DNA of 64,000 nucleotides from Squalus acanthias (taxonomy: Eukaryota), in contig CM059432.1 in the NCBI GenBank assembly GCA_030390025.1, forward strand, positions 66,466,001 through 66,530,000, in the 5' to 3' direction. The translations under genes were made by a program, and so were the position numbers. The notes under the pieces are model-generated. The model did not search any database. It saw only the letters and a program-made list of their open reading frames with translations, and was not told the DNA's origin. Shown here one piece after another: positions 48,235 through 61,049 of this stretch (position 1 is the first letter of the stretch; each line of letters starts with the position of its first letter).

Positions 48235-49762
48235 GACCTTTCGTCAGAACTGGAAAAAAGTTAGAGATGTAACAGATTTTAACCAGATGCAGAGGCAGGG
48301 AAAGAGGGGAGGGGAGGAAAGAACAAAAGGGACGGTCTGTGATAGAGTGGAAGGCAGGAGAGATTAAATGCTGCAAATGGGAATGGCAGAATCATCTACA
48401 GCAGCCGTCTGAAAAAATAGGGGCAGAGGATATGCTTTGAAATTGTTGAACTCGATGTTGAGTCCAGAAGGCTGTAAAGTGCCTAAACGAAAGATGAGAT
48501 GCTGTTCCTCGAGCTTACGTTGAGCTTCATTGGAACAGTGTAAGAGGCCGAGGACAGAGAGGTCAGAGTGGGAGTGGAGCGGAGAATTAAAGTGACAGGC
48601 GACCGGAAGCTCAGGCTCACCCTTATGGACTGAGTGGAGGTGTTCCGCAAAGCGGTCACCCAATCTGCGTTTGGTCTCCCCAATGTAGAGGATGGTGAGT
48701 AGTGAATACAGTATACTAAATTGCAAGAAGTACAAGTAAATCGCTGTTGCACCTGGAAGGAGTGTTTGGGGCCCTGGACAGTGGAAAGTGAGGAAGTAAA
48801 AGGGCAGGTGACACATCTCCTGCGCTTGCATAGGAAGGTGCCGGGTGAAGGGGAGGGACTGGGGGGTGATTGAGGAGTGGACCAGGGTGTTGCGGAGGGA
48901 GCGGGCAATTTGTAATGCTGAAAGGGGAGGTGAGGGGAAGATGTGTTTGGTGGTGGGATCACGCTGGAGGTGGCGGAAATGGCGCAGGATGATCCGTTGA
49001 ATGTGGAGGCTGGTGGGGTGGAAGGTGAGGACAAGGGGAACCCTATCGTGGTTCTGGGAGGGAGGGGAAGGGGTGAGAGCAGAAGTGTGGGAAATGGAAC
49101 GGACGCGGTCGAGGGCCGTGTCAACCACGGTAGAGGGGAATCCTCAGTTGAGGAAAAAGGAAGACATGTCAGAAGCACTAGTATGGAAGGTGGCATTGTC
49201 AGAACAGATGCGGCGGAGACAGAGAAACTGGGAGAATGGAATAGAGGCCTTACAGGAAACGGGGTGGGAGGAAGTGTAGTCAAGGTAGCTGTGGGAGTCA
49301 GTGGGCTTATAGTGGATGTTTGTCGATAGCCTATCCCCAGAAATGGAGACAGAGAAGTCGAGGAAGGGAAGTGAAGAGTCAGAGATGGTCCATGTGAAGG
49401 TGAGGAAAGGGTAGAAATTGGAAACAAAGTGAATGAAATTTTCTAGTTCAGGGCGAGAGCAGGAAACGGCACCGATACAGCCATCAAAAAGAGGTTAGGG
49501 AGGGAACCTGATTCGGACTGGAACAAAGACTGTTCCACATATCCCACGAAAAGGCAGGCATAGCTAGGGCCCATGCAGGTTCCCATAGCAATTTGGAGTA
49601 AGTGAATGGAGTCAAAGGAGAAGTTGTTCAATGAGAGAACAAGTTCAGCCAGGCGAAGGAGGGTGGTGGTGGATGGGGACTGGTTGGGCCTCTGTTCAAG
49701 GAAGAAGCGGAGCGCCCTCAGGCCGTCCTGGTAGGGGATGGAGGTGTAGAGGGATTGGACAT
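48235..49762 (-). mobile_element. Penelope-like element (RT + GIY-YIG), decayed
   Basis: AMGTCMGPSYACLFVGYVE and LYIGETKRRLGDRFAEH; homologous to 54796-56543. Confidence 0.93.
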
Positions 49763-50295
49763 CCTGTTTTACTGTCCATTCTGTCTGGGATCAAGGTCGA
49801 ACAAAACAGATGGGTGCGAAGCCCAATCAGAAAATCCAGGCCAGTTTTGACACTGTGGAGTCTGATCGCAATTTTAGAAACTGTCATTTTTATTATATTT
49901 TAATGGCAGCAAATAGAAATGCCAAATAGTTTTGTTTCCTGCTGGGTAAATTTGTTCTATAAGATTGCATTGGACTTATTTCCCTGGCAAATAAAGATTT
50001 TGTAAAAATATTCACCTTGTACCTTTCAAATGGTTTAACAGCCACTTAACTAGTTAAGTAACAGCCAAGGTTGGTAGCCTAGCTCCTGAGAACAGGACAT
50101 TGAAGGAGATGAAGCAGTGCAATGAATCTGTACGTCCTGATTCGCTAACAAAGCCATTTTGAAAAACTGATTTGTAGATCCATGGCAATAGAGCCATGCC
50201 TTGCCTGCTGGAAATGGCAGGAATTTGGGAGCACGCTGGCCATGCTTTTCCAACCATTAATTTAAATGTACGGAAAGTTATGGGCAGTGCTCTGC

Positions 50296-50523
50296 CATTC
50301 AATAAGATCATGGCTGATCTTCTACCTGAACTCAACCTTCCTGGCCTATCCCCATATCCCTTGATTCCCTTAATATCCAAAAAACGTAATGGTGATATTT
50401 TACTTCCTTTTAATGCATCAATATTTTCTGGTGCACGATCTCAGCCTTGAATAAATTCAACGACTGAACATCCACAGCCCTCTGGGGTGGAGAATTCCAA
50501 AGATTCACAACCCTCTGAGTGAA
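50296..50523 (-). mobile_element. CR1 3' fragment, sister of 46760-47125
   Basis: Same CR1 segment with the same internal insert. Confidence 0.85.
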
Positions 50524-51963
50524 CCCAAAAATCGTCTAGCGGCATGTAAACAGTAAGTGGGTAGTGAGAAGCGGGGTGGGGCTTTTAGGGACAAAAAAGG
50601 TGATATATGCTTAGAGGCGCAGGGCAAGGTTAGAATACTCAATGAATACTTTGTATCGGTGTTTACTAAGGAGGTGGATGCTGACAAAATATCGGTAGAA
50701 GTGGAAAAGTTAGAAGAAATGGTAGGGGTGAAAATTGATAGACAGGATGTACTAGAAAGGCTGGGTATGCTTCGAGTGGATAAGTTGCCTGGTCCAGATG
50801 GCTTGCATCCCAGGTTGCTAAGGGAATTGGAGATAGCAGAAGGGCTTGCCATAATTTTCCAATCTTCCCTAGATGCAGGGGAGGCGCCTGAGGATTGGAA
50901 AGTGGCAAATGTGACACCATTGTTCAAGAAAGGGTGTAAGGACAATCCTAGTAACTACAGGCTGGTCAGTTTAACATCAGTGGTGGGTAAAGTTTTAGAA
51001 ACAATAATCAAGGAAAAATTTAACTGGCACTTGGAGAGATTTAAGCTAATTAAGGAGAGCCAACACGGATTTGTAAAAGTTAGATCGTGTTTGACTAATC
51101 TAATTGAATTTTTTGATGAAGTATCAGGGAGGTTTGATGAAGCGAATGCAATGGATGTTGTCTACATGGATTTTCGGAAGGCATTTGACAAAGTACCACA
51201 TAGAAGGCTGGTTAACAAAATTGAGGCTCATGGAATAGGTGGGTCAGTGGCAGCTTGGATAAGGAATTGGCTTAAGAACAAAAAACAGCGAGTTGTGGTA
51301 AATGGCTGTTTTTCAGACTGGAGGATGGTAGACAGTGGTGTTCCACAAGGGTCAATGCTGGGGCCACTGCTTTTTTTGATATATATAAATGACCTGGATA
51401 TTGGAATAAAGAGTAGAATTTCTAAATTTGACGATGACACCAAACTTGGGGGTGTGGCAAACAGTGAGGATGATACCAATCGACTGCAACAGGACATAGA
51501 AAGGCTAGCAGAATGGGTAGACAAGTGGCAGATGGAATTTAATACAGAGAAGTGTGAGGTGATGCATTTTGGCAGAAGGAACAGGGAGAGGCAATATACA
51601 CTTAATGGCACAGTTTTAAAGAGTGTGCAGGGACAGAGGGACCTGGGAGTTAATGTGCATAGGTCCCTGAAGGTGGCTGGACATATTGAGAGAGTGGTTA
51701 GCAAAGCATATTGGATCTTGGGCTTCATAAATAGAGGTATTGAGTACAAAAGTAGAGAAGTTATGCTGAACCTTTGTAAAGCGCTGGTTAGGCCACAACT
51801 GGAGTATTGTGTCCAGTTCTGGTCACCACACTTTAGGAAGGATGTGAAGACACTTGAGAGGGTGCAGAGGAGATTTACCAGGATGGTTCCGGGGATGGGG
51901 GATCTTAGCTACAAGAACAGGTTGGAGAAGCTGGATTTGTTTTCATTGGAGCAAAGGAGGTTG
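50521..51963 (+). mobile_element. CR1 ORF2 RT region, open for about 470 codons, both ends truncated
   Basis: ORF 50557-51981 carries the full set of RT motifs; same subfamily as 22095-24905. Confidence 0.95.
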
Positions 51964-52350
51964 TCTCTAACCTCCCGCTGAATTTCGTGGGAGGTGTTAG
52001 CGGCGCCGCGCCCAGGCGCTAGTTGATTTGCGCCCCGTTCGCACCCTCTAACAGGAGGTGCAAATCAACTGAATTTAGCCCCCATAGAGTCATAACAGCA
52101 CAGCAGGAGGCCATTCGGCCCATCGAGTCCATGCTGGCTCTCTGTAGAGCAATCCAGTCAGTCCCATTCCCCCGCTCTATCTCCGTAGCCCTGCAAGTTT
52201 ATTTCCCTCAAGTGCCTATCCAGTCTCCCCTTGCAAACATTGAGTGTCTCCGCTTCCACCATTTCCATTGGCAGCGAGTTCCAGGTCCTCACTACTCGCT
52301 GCGTAAAAAGTTTTTCCCCACGTCCCCCCTGTATCTCTTGCCCAAAAACT
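51964..52350 (-). mobile_element. Harbinger terminus (51964-52083) joined to a CR1 3' tail (52084-52350)
   Basis: GAATTTAGCCCCC TIR with GGCGCTA motifs, followed by a CR1 tail matching 22096-22346. Confidence 0.8.
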
Positions 52351-52353
52351 TGA

Positions 52354-53230
52354 GGGGGTGAAATTCGGTATCGCCCCGTTTAGGGCGCTATTATCGGCCG
52401 GGCGCAAAGTTTAGCGGCCGGTGCTAATTATCGCCTCCTACTGCAAAATTGGCCTCTATCGCCCCTGGAGGTGATTTGAGCACTAAATCAGGCCCTACAC
52501 ACCTCTCTTAAGGCGCTAACGTCGAGGAGCGAGGCGCTACCTCAGAACGCTACCGAAGCTCAGGTGATGTCAGTTAGCAATGGAACTCAGACAGACTGGC
52601 GCCGGCCAGTTTTTAAAGGGGAGGGTCCATTTGCTGGCTAGCCACACCCTGCTCATTGCAGCCTTGAATCTCGGCCTGGAGAGACCTCTAAAGCAATTGT
52701 GCTGGAACCACTAATGGATAGGCCCAGGGAAAGAGCTCAGCGTTTCAGCGACCAGGCCTTGGTGGCTCTGGTTGGCGCTGTGAAGCGGCGACGGGCACTG
52801 CTCTACCCACAGATTGGCAGGAGGCCATTGCCCCGTGAATACAGAAGAGTCTGGAAGGAGGTGGCTCAGCATGTCTCCTCAAGGAGCCTGGTGCCGAGGA
52901 CCCACACCCAATGTCTTAAGAAGTTCAACAACCTCACTCCGATAGTCAGGGTGAATGGCTGCTTTTCAATACCTCTATATCCCTCCATCTCAACTTCACT
53001 CTGTGCCCAGAGGGTTTAAAAACCCCAAATTCCCAACTCTCATCCAAGACCTATGGTCATCTCATAAAACACACACGCACATTCCACACCTTGCATTCAT
53101 TAAGGGCTATTCAACTATAGGAGGCACATCAGGTAAGCACATGGCTGCATATATTAAGGGCTATTCAACTATGGGAGGCACATCAGGCAAGCACATGGCT
53201 GCATACATTAAGGGCTATTCAACTATGGTA
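52354..53230 (+). mobile_element. Harbinger left end with Myb/SANT exon 1 (52714-52950), truncated in intron 1
   Basis: GGGGGTGAAATTCGGTAT TIR; MDRPRERAQRFSDQALVALV...RTHTQCLKKFNNLTPIVR then GT. Confidence 0.88.
53099..53228 (+). repeat. 54-bp tandem repeat, about 2.4 copies
   Basis: ATTAAGGGCTATTCAACTAT recurs at 53099, 53153 and 53207. Confidence 0.92.
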
Positions 53231-54795
53231 GGCCGATGATTTTCCATGATTTGCCTGGGAAATGCACAGATAGCAATTTAGACTCCAAGAAAAATGGATG
53301 CACCTATGAATAATTCTACAAATAGGCCAATGCTGCACAACTGCAGGCAATCAGTGACTGCACTGTTAGGAAGCTTGGTGCCGGCAGCTAGGTATTCAAG
53401 CCTACACTTGCATGTACCACATAATTAGTCCTCACATTGTGTAAATGATTAAGAAAGAATAACCTTGCATTTATTCAGCACATAATTACATTCTTAGGAC
53501 ATTCCAAAATGTTTTCCAATAAATGTATTACTTTTGAAGTGCAGTCATTGTTATAGAGGCAAATACATTGTACACAACAAGGTCTCACAAACAACAATGA
53601 ATGAGTTCCTAATAATCATGTACTGGGGCTCCCATCAGAAACTCAGTTGCATGTTGCTATGATTTTCCATCTATTAATGCACACAAAGGTGAAGGTAAAA
53701 ACTTACTTCAAGATAAATGGTCAGTGGAAATTCTGGAAGGACTGTGCCATTATTCAGTAATATACTGTGCATTATAATAAACCATCATTATAAAGCGGCA
53801 TAACAACTGATTTTTAGTGAGCAACACAATGGAAGGTCTATTAGTTTTAATATTTTTTTATGGTTCTTCTGATATTCAAAATGAAAGGAGCAAAACAGAA
53901 GATCAAGTGATTGCCTTCGAAATAAGAATTCTGACGAATATATCAGATGCATTCACAATGAAAAAGTGAAAGTAGCGGAAATATTTTAACAATCTTTAGA
54001 TTCAATAACATTAGATTTCCTAGAGAAAACATTGACACAGAGATGAATAACTGCAGGTGAAATGTCAAATCACAGAGAGGCCCCAAATCAGTCTTCAATG
54101 ATTATCTTAACATGCCTTTGTTAATTTGTGAGGTGCTTGTTATACAAAGATTGAATCTAAAACAAGCCTGATATTTGTGAGTGCCTGAGTACATTTATAT
54201 TGGTGCAGATTAATTCATATCAGAAACCTTACTAAAAAGTGTCAGCTTTTAACCCTAGCATGTAACTAGTTAATGCTTTCTACTGTACTTAAGTATATAC
54301 TATACCTGTTAGTGTGTATATTTCCCCGTTATGTGTATAGTTTTTCAAAAGGCAAATTGTTTGCTGTTCATTATGCTGGAAGCTTGTCATGTTGAGTGCA
54401 TAATAATAGGAATAATTTTCAGTTAAGTGCATAGTTTTATAATTGAAACCCTCCCTCTTCGCACCATTACAAATGCTAATCTGTTAATTGTTCATTTACT
54501 TAATAGTCAAGCCAGTCTAAAAAGCAACCTCTAAACTCTTTCAACAGTCCTAAGCTATCCTATTATTGTAAGTATTAAACAGCACTTTACAAAATAATTA
54601 TCTTTGTTCCACAGAATATACTTATAGATTCCTCTTACAGCAAACTCTCAGCTGAATGTGAAATGGTAAAAGTCCATAATAGTCTGTACAGAAGTATGCA
54701 CAGTATTTATAGCTGTATTATTTTATCTAAAATAAATGGAACTGAAGTCTGTTAACTGGAAATTAAAGAATAAGGGAAGCCAAGGAGGAGAAAAG

Positions 54796-56543
54796 ACCAT
54801 TCCCTCCATTCCCCACCAGGACAGCCTGAGGGCGCTCCGCTTCTTCCTTGAACAGAGGCCCAACCAGTCCCCATCCACCACCACCCTCCTCCGCCTGGCT
54901 GAACTTGTTCTCACATTGAACAACTTCTCCTTTGACTCCACCCATTTCCTCCAAATCAAAGGTGTTGCTATGGGTACCCGCATGGGTCCTAGCTATGCCT
55001 GCATTTTTGTGGGATATGTGGAACACTCTTTGTTCCAGTCCTACTCGGGTCCCCTCCCTCACCTCTTTTTCCGGTACATTGATGACTGTATCAGTGCCGT
55101 CTCCTGCTCTCGCCCTGAACTAGAACATTTCATTCACTATGCTTCCAATTTTCACCCTTCCCTCACCTTCACATGGTCCATCTCCGACTCTTCCCTTCCC
55201 CTCCTCAACTTCTCCGTCTCCATCTCTGGGGATAGGTTATTGACAAACATTCACTACAAGCCCACTGACTCCCACAGCTACCTGGACTACACTTCCTCCC
55301 ACCCCGCCTCCTGTAAGGACTCTATTCCATTCTCCCAGTTTCTCCATCTCCGCCGCATCTGCTCTTACGATGCCACCTTCCATACCAGTGCTTCCGACAT
55401 GTCTTCCTTTTTCCTCAACTGAGGATTCCCCTCTACTGTGGTTGACATGGCCCTCGACCGTGTCCGTTCTATTTCCCGCACTTCTGCCCCTCCCTCCCGG
55501 AACCACGATAGAGTTCCCCTTGTCCTCACCTTTCACCCCACCAGCCTCCACATTCAACAGATCATCCTCCGCCATTTCCGCCACCTCCAGCATGATCCCA
55601 CCACCAAACGCATCTTCCCCTCACCTCCCCTTTCAGCATTCCGCAGGGACCGCTCCCTCCGCGACACCCTAGTCCACTCCTCTACCGCTCCCAGCACCCC
55701 TTCCCCTTTGCCCGGCACCTTCCCATGCAAGCGCAGGATATGCAACACATGCCCTTATACCTCCCCTCTTCCCACTGTCCAGGGCCCCAAACACCCCTTC
55801 CAGGTGAAACAGCGATTTACTTGTACTTCCTGCAATTTAGTATACTGTATTCGCTGCTCATGATGTGGTCTCCTCTACATTGGGGAGACCAAACGCAGAT
55901 TGGGTGACCGCTTTGCGGAACACCTCCGTTCAGTCCGTAAGGGGGACCCCGAGCTCCTGGTGGCCTGTCACTTTAATTCTCCGCTCCACTCCCACTCTGA
56001 CCTCACTGTCCTCGGCCTATTACACTGTTCCACGGAAGCGCAGCGTAAGCTCGAGGAACAGCACCTCATCTTTCGTTTAGGCACGCTACAGCCCTCTGGA
56101 CTCAATATCGAGTTCAACAATTTTAGATCATAACCTCGGCCCCTATCACATTTATATTTTATTTTTTCATCCACACTTTTGTTTGGCCCCCCCCCTTTTT
56201 TTTCCTCCCAGAAGCTGGTAGCTGTCCTTCATTCTGCCAGTGGATTTCACACTTCATCTAGCCTCAACCTGTTACATCAACACCTCCTCTTGCCTTGATC
56301 ATCTCTTAATGTCTCTCAATGTCTCTTAATCTCTCCTTTTGTTCTTTAATCCCCTCCCCCTTTTCCCAGCTTTATCCTTGCTTTAAATCTATTTCATTTC
56401 CTGCTTTTTTCCAGTCCTGACGAAAGGTCTTCGACCTGAAACGTTAACTCTGTTTCTCTCTCCATGGATGCTGCCTGGCTTGCTGAGTTTTTCCAGTGTT
56501 TTCTGTTGTTATTTTGGATTTCTAGCATCCGCAGTATTTTGCT
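54796..56543 (+). mobile_element. Penelope-like element, 5'-truncated: RT + GIY-YIG + 3' UTR with hammerhead (56413-56449)
   Basis: QIKGVAMGTRMGPSYA, FFRYIDD, NLVYCIRCSxCGLLYIGET; hammerhead CTGACGA-AAGGTCTTCGACCT-GAAACGTT. Confidence 0.95.
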
Positions 56544-56595
56544 ATCGAGGAGAAAAGACCCTTTGATCTACTGAAGCTCATTTCTCCCACATTCT

Positions 56596-59500
56596 GGGCT
56601 CGATTTTGCCAGGGCCGAGGAGGCGGGATTGGAGACGTGTGAGGTGTTAAAATCGCAAAAAATGGCATGCGGGCCCGATCCCGCCTCCATCCCGTCTCTG
56701 AGCAATTTTCCCAGAATCGGGGTTTCAGATCCCGTTTCCATCCCGCCTCCAAGAGGCAGGATAGGCCCTTGAGGCCCTTAATAACCACTTAATTGCCTCT
56801 ATAATCCAATTTTGAGAGGCCTTTCTGATTTTTAGACATTTCCCCCATCCTACACGCCTCCTCTGGAACACGCCAGGTATTCCTGGCGGCCTCACAAGTG
56901 GATTGCTTAGTAACAGCTGCAGCTCCACCATTAAAAAGGAGGTTTCAGCAATCATCATTTGCAGGTGGCAGAACTTTGTTGTCTCAGGTCTGGGGGATCT
57001 TTTAGCAGGCAAACTCATTGTTGTGGATGTTTGGAGCCTGAGACCCAGCTCCAGTGTGACCTCCTGGGAATCCCCTCTCCCCACCTTGACTGAGCGCTTC
57101 CTCAACTGAGGTATATAGCAGAAGCATGGGAACCATTTATTTCCTTTCCTCCTGGACATCAGATTCGGATGAAGACCAGCCGCAGCAGCAGCAGAACCCT
57201 GAACAACAGCAGCACCAACAGCAGGAACAACAACAGGAGCTGCTGCTCACCCACCTGAAACTGCACAGGCCAGAGGGCATCAGCGCGCGACCACATTGCT
57301 GCCTGGGATGCAAGGGACGCACTCATGTTGGCCAGATTTGCTTAGCCTGCACAATCAAACACTTTTGCCTCACACCTTCTTACCAGAGCATCAACAATGG
57401 ACAAGAACCTACGGATTCCTATCACTCTGACCACCATACTAACAATTGCAAGTCGCCCTAAGCCCTCAATGTGGAAGTCCCATTTGCGAAATGACACAGG
57501 CCACAACTTCAACAGTTTGCCATCAGAAATTTTTATCACAACAAGCAGCTGATGGCATTTCAAAAATAAACACAACATAACACCCAAGTGACTACCCTTG
57601 TGACTACTTGTGCATTATCTTCCTTTTACGCTTGCTCGACACCTTTGGCGGGCGTCCTCTGGGGTTGCGAACCAGTGAGGGCTCGGTAACAGTCTGCTGC
57701 TCCTGCGGCTGTTCACGGGATGAGACGCCCATCTCAGTTGGATGAGGACTCTGGTGGGGCTCTCACCGAGGGCTTTGCAGTGGCATGGTCGTGTGAGCGC
57801 TTGGAGAGGAGCCCCCATTTCCTGGTTGTTTGCCACCAACATCCCTCTCATGGGTCAGCCCCACTTCAGAGCTAGCAAGTGGTTTGACAGCACCTTGCTG
57901 CACTTCAGGGGGCCATGAGGACCCGTTTCTGCACTTGAAGTCCTACTCCAGAGGACTTCCATGAAGGTCTGGTTTCTATGCTCAATAGCTGACCATCGCT
58001 CCTCAAGAGCTGCCAGTCTATTCTGAACAATGACCATGTTTTCAACACTCTGGCGACTTAGCTCCTCCATGGCCGTAGCCATCCTCTCCTCTACCGTAGC
58101 CATCCTTTCCACGGAGTTTGCCATCCTTTCCGTGGTGATGCGTTCAGGCACCAATGCCTCCACAAAGGCTCTGCTCCTGTTCGTAATGGACTCCTTCATT
58201 GATTCGTTCCAGACTTGCAGCGACCCTGGAGACAAAACATGACAGAGATTCCTGCACCTGTTCCTGGAGTTAGCATAGAAGATAGGAGCAGGAGTAGGCC
58301 ATTCGGCCCCTCGAGCCTGCTCCGCCATTTAATGAGATCATGGCTGATCATCCAAATTCAGTACCCTGTCCCTGCTTTCTCCCCATATCCCTTGACCCTT
58401 TAGCCTTAAGAAATATATCTATCTCCTTCTTGAATATATTTAATGAATTGGCCTCAACTGCCTTCTGTGGTAGAGAATTCCACAGGTTCAAAACTCTCTG
58501 GGTGAAGAAATTTCTCCTCATCTCAGTCCCAAATGGCTTACCCCTTATCCTTAGACTGTGACCTCTGGTTCTGGACTCCCCCGCCATCGGGAACATCCTT
58601 CCTGCATCTAGTCTATCTAGTCCTGTTAGAATTTTATAAGTTTCAATGAGATCCCCTCTCATTCTTCTAAACTCTTGCGTATATAAGCCTAATTGACCCA
58701 ATCTCTCTTCATACGTCATTCCTGCCATCCCAGGTATCAGTCTGGTAAATCTTCGCTGCACTCCCTCCATGGCAAGAACATCCTTCCTCAGATAAGGCGA
58801 CCAAAACTGCACACAATACTCAAGGTGTGGTCTCACCAAGGCCTTGTACAACTGCAGCAAGACATCCTTGCTCCTGTACTCTAATCCTCTCGCTATGAAG
58901 GCCAACATACCATTTGCCTTCTTAACCGCCTGCTGCACCTGCATGCTTACCTTCAGCGACTGGTGCACAAGGACTCCCAGATCTCGTTACACTTCCCCTT
59001 TTCCCAATCTATTGCCGTTCAGATAATAATCTATCTTCCTGTTTTTGCCACCAAAGTGGATAACCTCGCATTTATCCACATTATATTGCATCTGCCATGC
59101 ATCTGCCCAATCACCCAACCTGTCCAAATCATACTGGCGTTTCTCTGCATCCTCCTCACAGCACACATGCCCACCCAGCTTTGTGTCGTCTGCAAACTTA
59201 GAGATATTACATCTAGTTCCCTCGTCTAAATCATTAATATATATTGTGAATAGCTGGGGTCCTAGCACCGATCCCTGTGGTACCCCACTAGTCACTGCCT
59301 GCCACTCGGAAAAAGATCCGTTTATTCCAACTCTTTGCTTCCTGTCTGCCAACCAGTTCTCTATCCAAATCAGTACCTCACCCCCAATCCCACGTGCTTT
59401 AACTTTGCATGCTAATCTCTTATGCGGGACCTTATCGAAAGCCTTCTGAAAGTCCAAATACACCACATCCACTGTTTCTCCCTTATCTATTCTACCAGTT

Positions 59501-60996
59501 ACATCCTCAGTTCCAGCACCACTCTCCTTCTGGATGGACCCGGAGGCACAGGGTCAACATGCAGCTGAGCCGAGCTGGCAGAGTCCTGCGCCCTCCCACA
59601 AGACTCTCCACTGCTGTCCCTGTCTCCACCATCTGCTGATGCTCACTTGTGAGCTGTGATACACCAGGTGACAACACTACTCTATCTCGCGAAGGTCCCA
59701 CCGAGGTGTGAGTGTCTGCGCTGGTGCTGTGTGCTCTGAATTTTGCTGACGCTGCGCCCTCAGAGGTTGCAGCTTCCTCTGAGGAGTCTGGAAGCTCAGG
59801 CTCTTCCTCCTGGACAGTGGGGACGGGGGTTTCGATGGTCCTGTGGGGGAGTAAAGGAAAGAGTTAGAGATGTGAGGTCAAGGTTACATGAACATTGAAT
59901 AGTGCAGATGATCATAAGTCAATCTGTTAGAGCATCAGATTAATTATCATTGACTCTTGCAATGTCAATGAGAGAGATGCCAAACTATTCTGTCACCAGC
60001 TTGCTGTGATGCGCCCATCTGTCCGTCCCCACTTGGGAATCCTCCTCGATCCCGGTGATTTCCAGGGCCGCCTCCTTCCAGGTGGTGAGCTGGGCTACTG
60101 AGGGTGGCCCTCCTCCTGTCGTGGCTCTTTCCTCTTATTGTGGGCTCTCTTTTCCTGCAATGAGGGACACGAGTGGAGTTTGAGTTAGAATGAAGGAGTG
60201 AGTGTAGTGAATGCATAGCATAGATGCTTAGAAGGAGACAAAGGGCCCTCCCTGTGTGTTGTAAGTTGTTGTTGTTGTTGCATCACAGTGATAGCGAGTG
60301 TGAGGGCTGCATGGCTGAATAGTTAAGTGAATGTGACCATAGAGACCGAGGCAATGGGTAAGGGTGCAGGAATGTAAGTGTCAAGTGGGATATGGAGGAA
60401 GAGGTTGGCAAAGCAGAGTGCTGGTGAGGAGAGGCGATGGGGATCAGATTGAGGGCAATGGGAAAGTCATACTCACTTTTCCTGTGCGGAGAAGGTCATG
60501 AAACCTCTTCCTGCATTGCAGCCAAGTTCTGCGGCTCATTGATATGGAGTTGACCTCCTGGGCCACTTGCAGCCACACAGCTTTAGTCTGCTGGGGTGGC
60601 TTTTTTCTCCCTGAGGAAGGGTAGAGCACCTCCTTATTAGATCTTGCTCCCTGCACCAGAGCTTGGAGGAAGGGCTCATCAAAGCGAGGTGCACACTTTT
60701 GCTTGCTGGTGGACATGGTCGGTAAATGAAGTCCTTCATACAATGTCCAAAGCATTTCCAGTCTCCAGAAGAAGCAAGGCTGCTTGCAGGCCTTAAATCC
60801 AGCAGCATTGATGACGTCATCGGAGGCGACTTTCTGTTTGAAAAGACTCATTGGGCCAGGGGTTCCCACACGCTGGAAATCAATTGCCTAATTAGGGGAA
60901 AATCGCAATCTTTCAACAATTCACTTCGGAGTCGGGGTCCTGACACGATTCCCACCTGACACGCCCCAGCCCGCCCACACTGGCAAAATCGAGCCC
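56596..60996. mobile_element. Harbinger deletion derivative: transposase core deleted, Myb/SANT gene (-, about 60716-57615) retained
   Basis: Perfect 17-bp TIR GGGCTCGATTTTGCCAG and TSD TCT. The poly-Q N-terminus is joined near 57290 to the C-terminal HIAAWDARDALMLARFA. Confidence 0.93.
58275..59508 (-). mobile_element. 5'-truncated CR1 inserted in Myb/SANT exon 3
   Basis: ORFs 58987-59472 and 58348-58968 carry RT motifs. Confidence 0.95.
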
Positions 60997-61049
60997 TCTA
61001 GCTCTCCCAGCCTGGTCTCCAGGTGCCTTTTCAACACCCTAAAGTCTGT

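Noticed and set aside
53099..53228. CRISPR-like array
   Set aside because: The whole unit repeats with no unique spacers; the context is eukaryotic and there are no cas genes.
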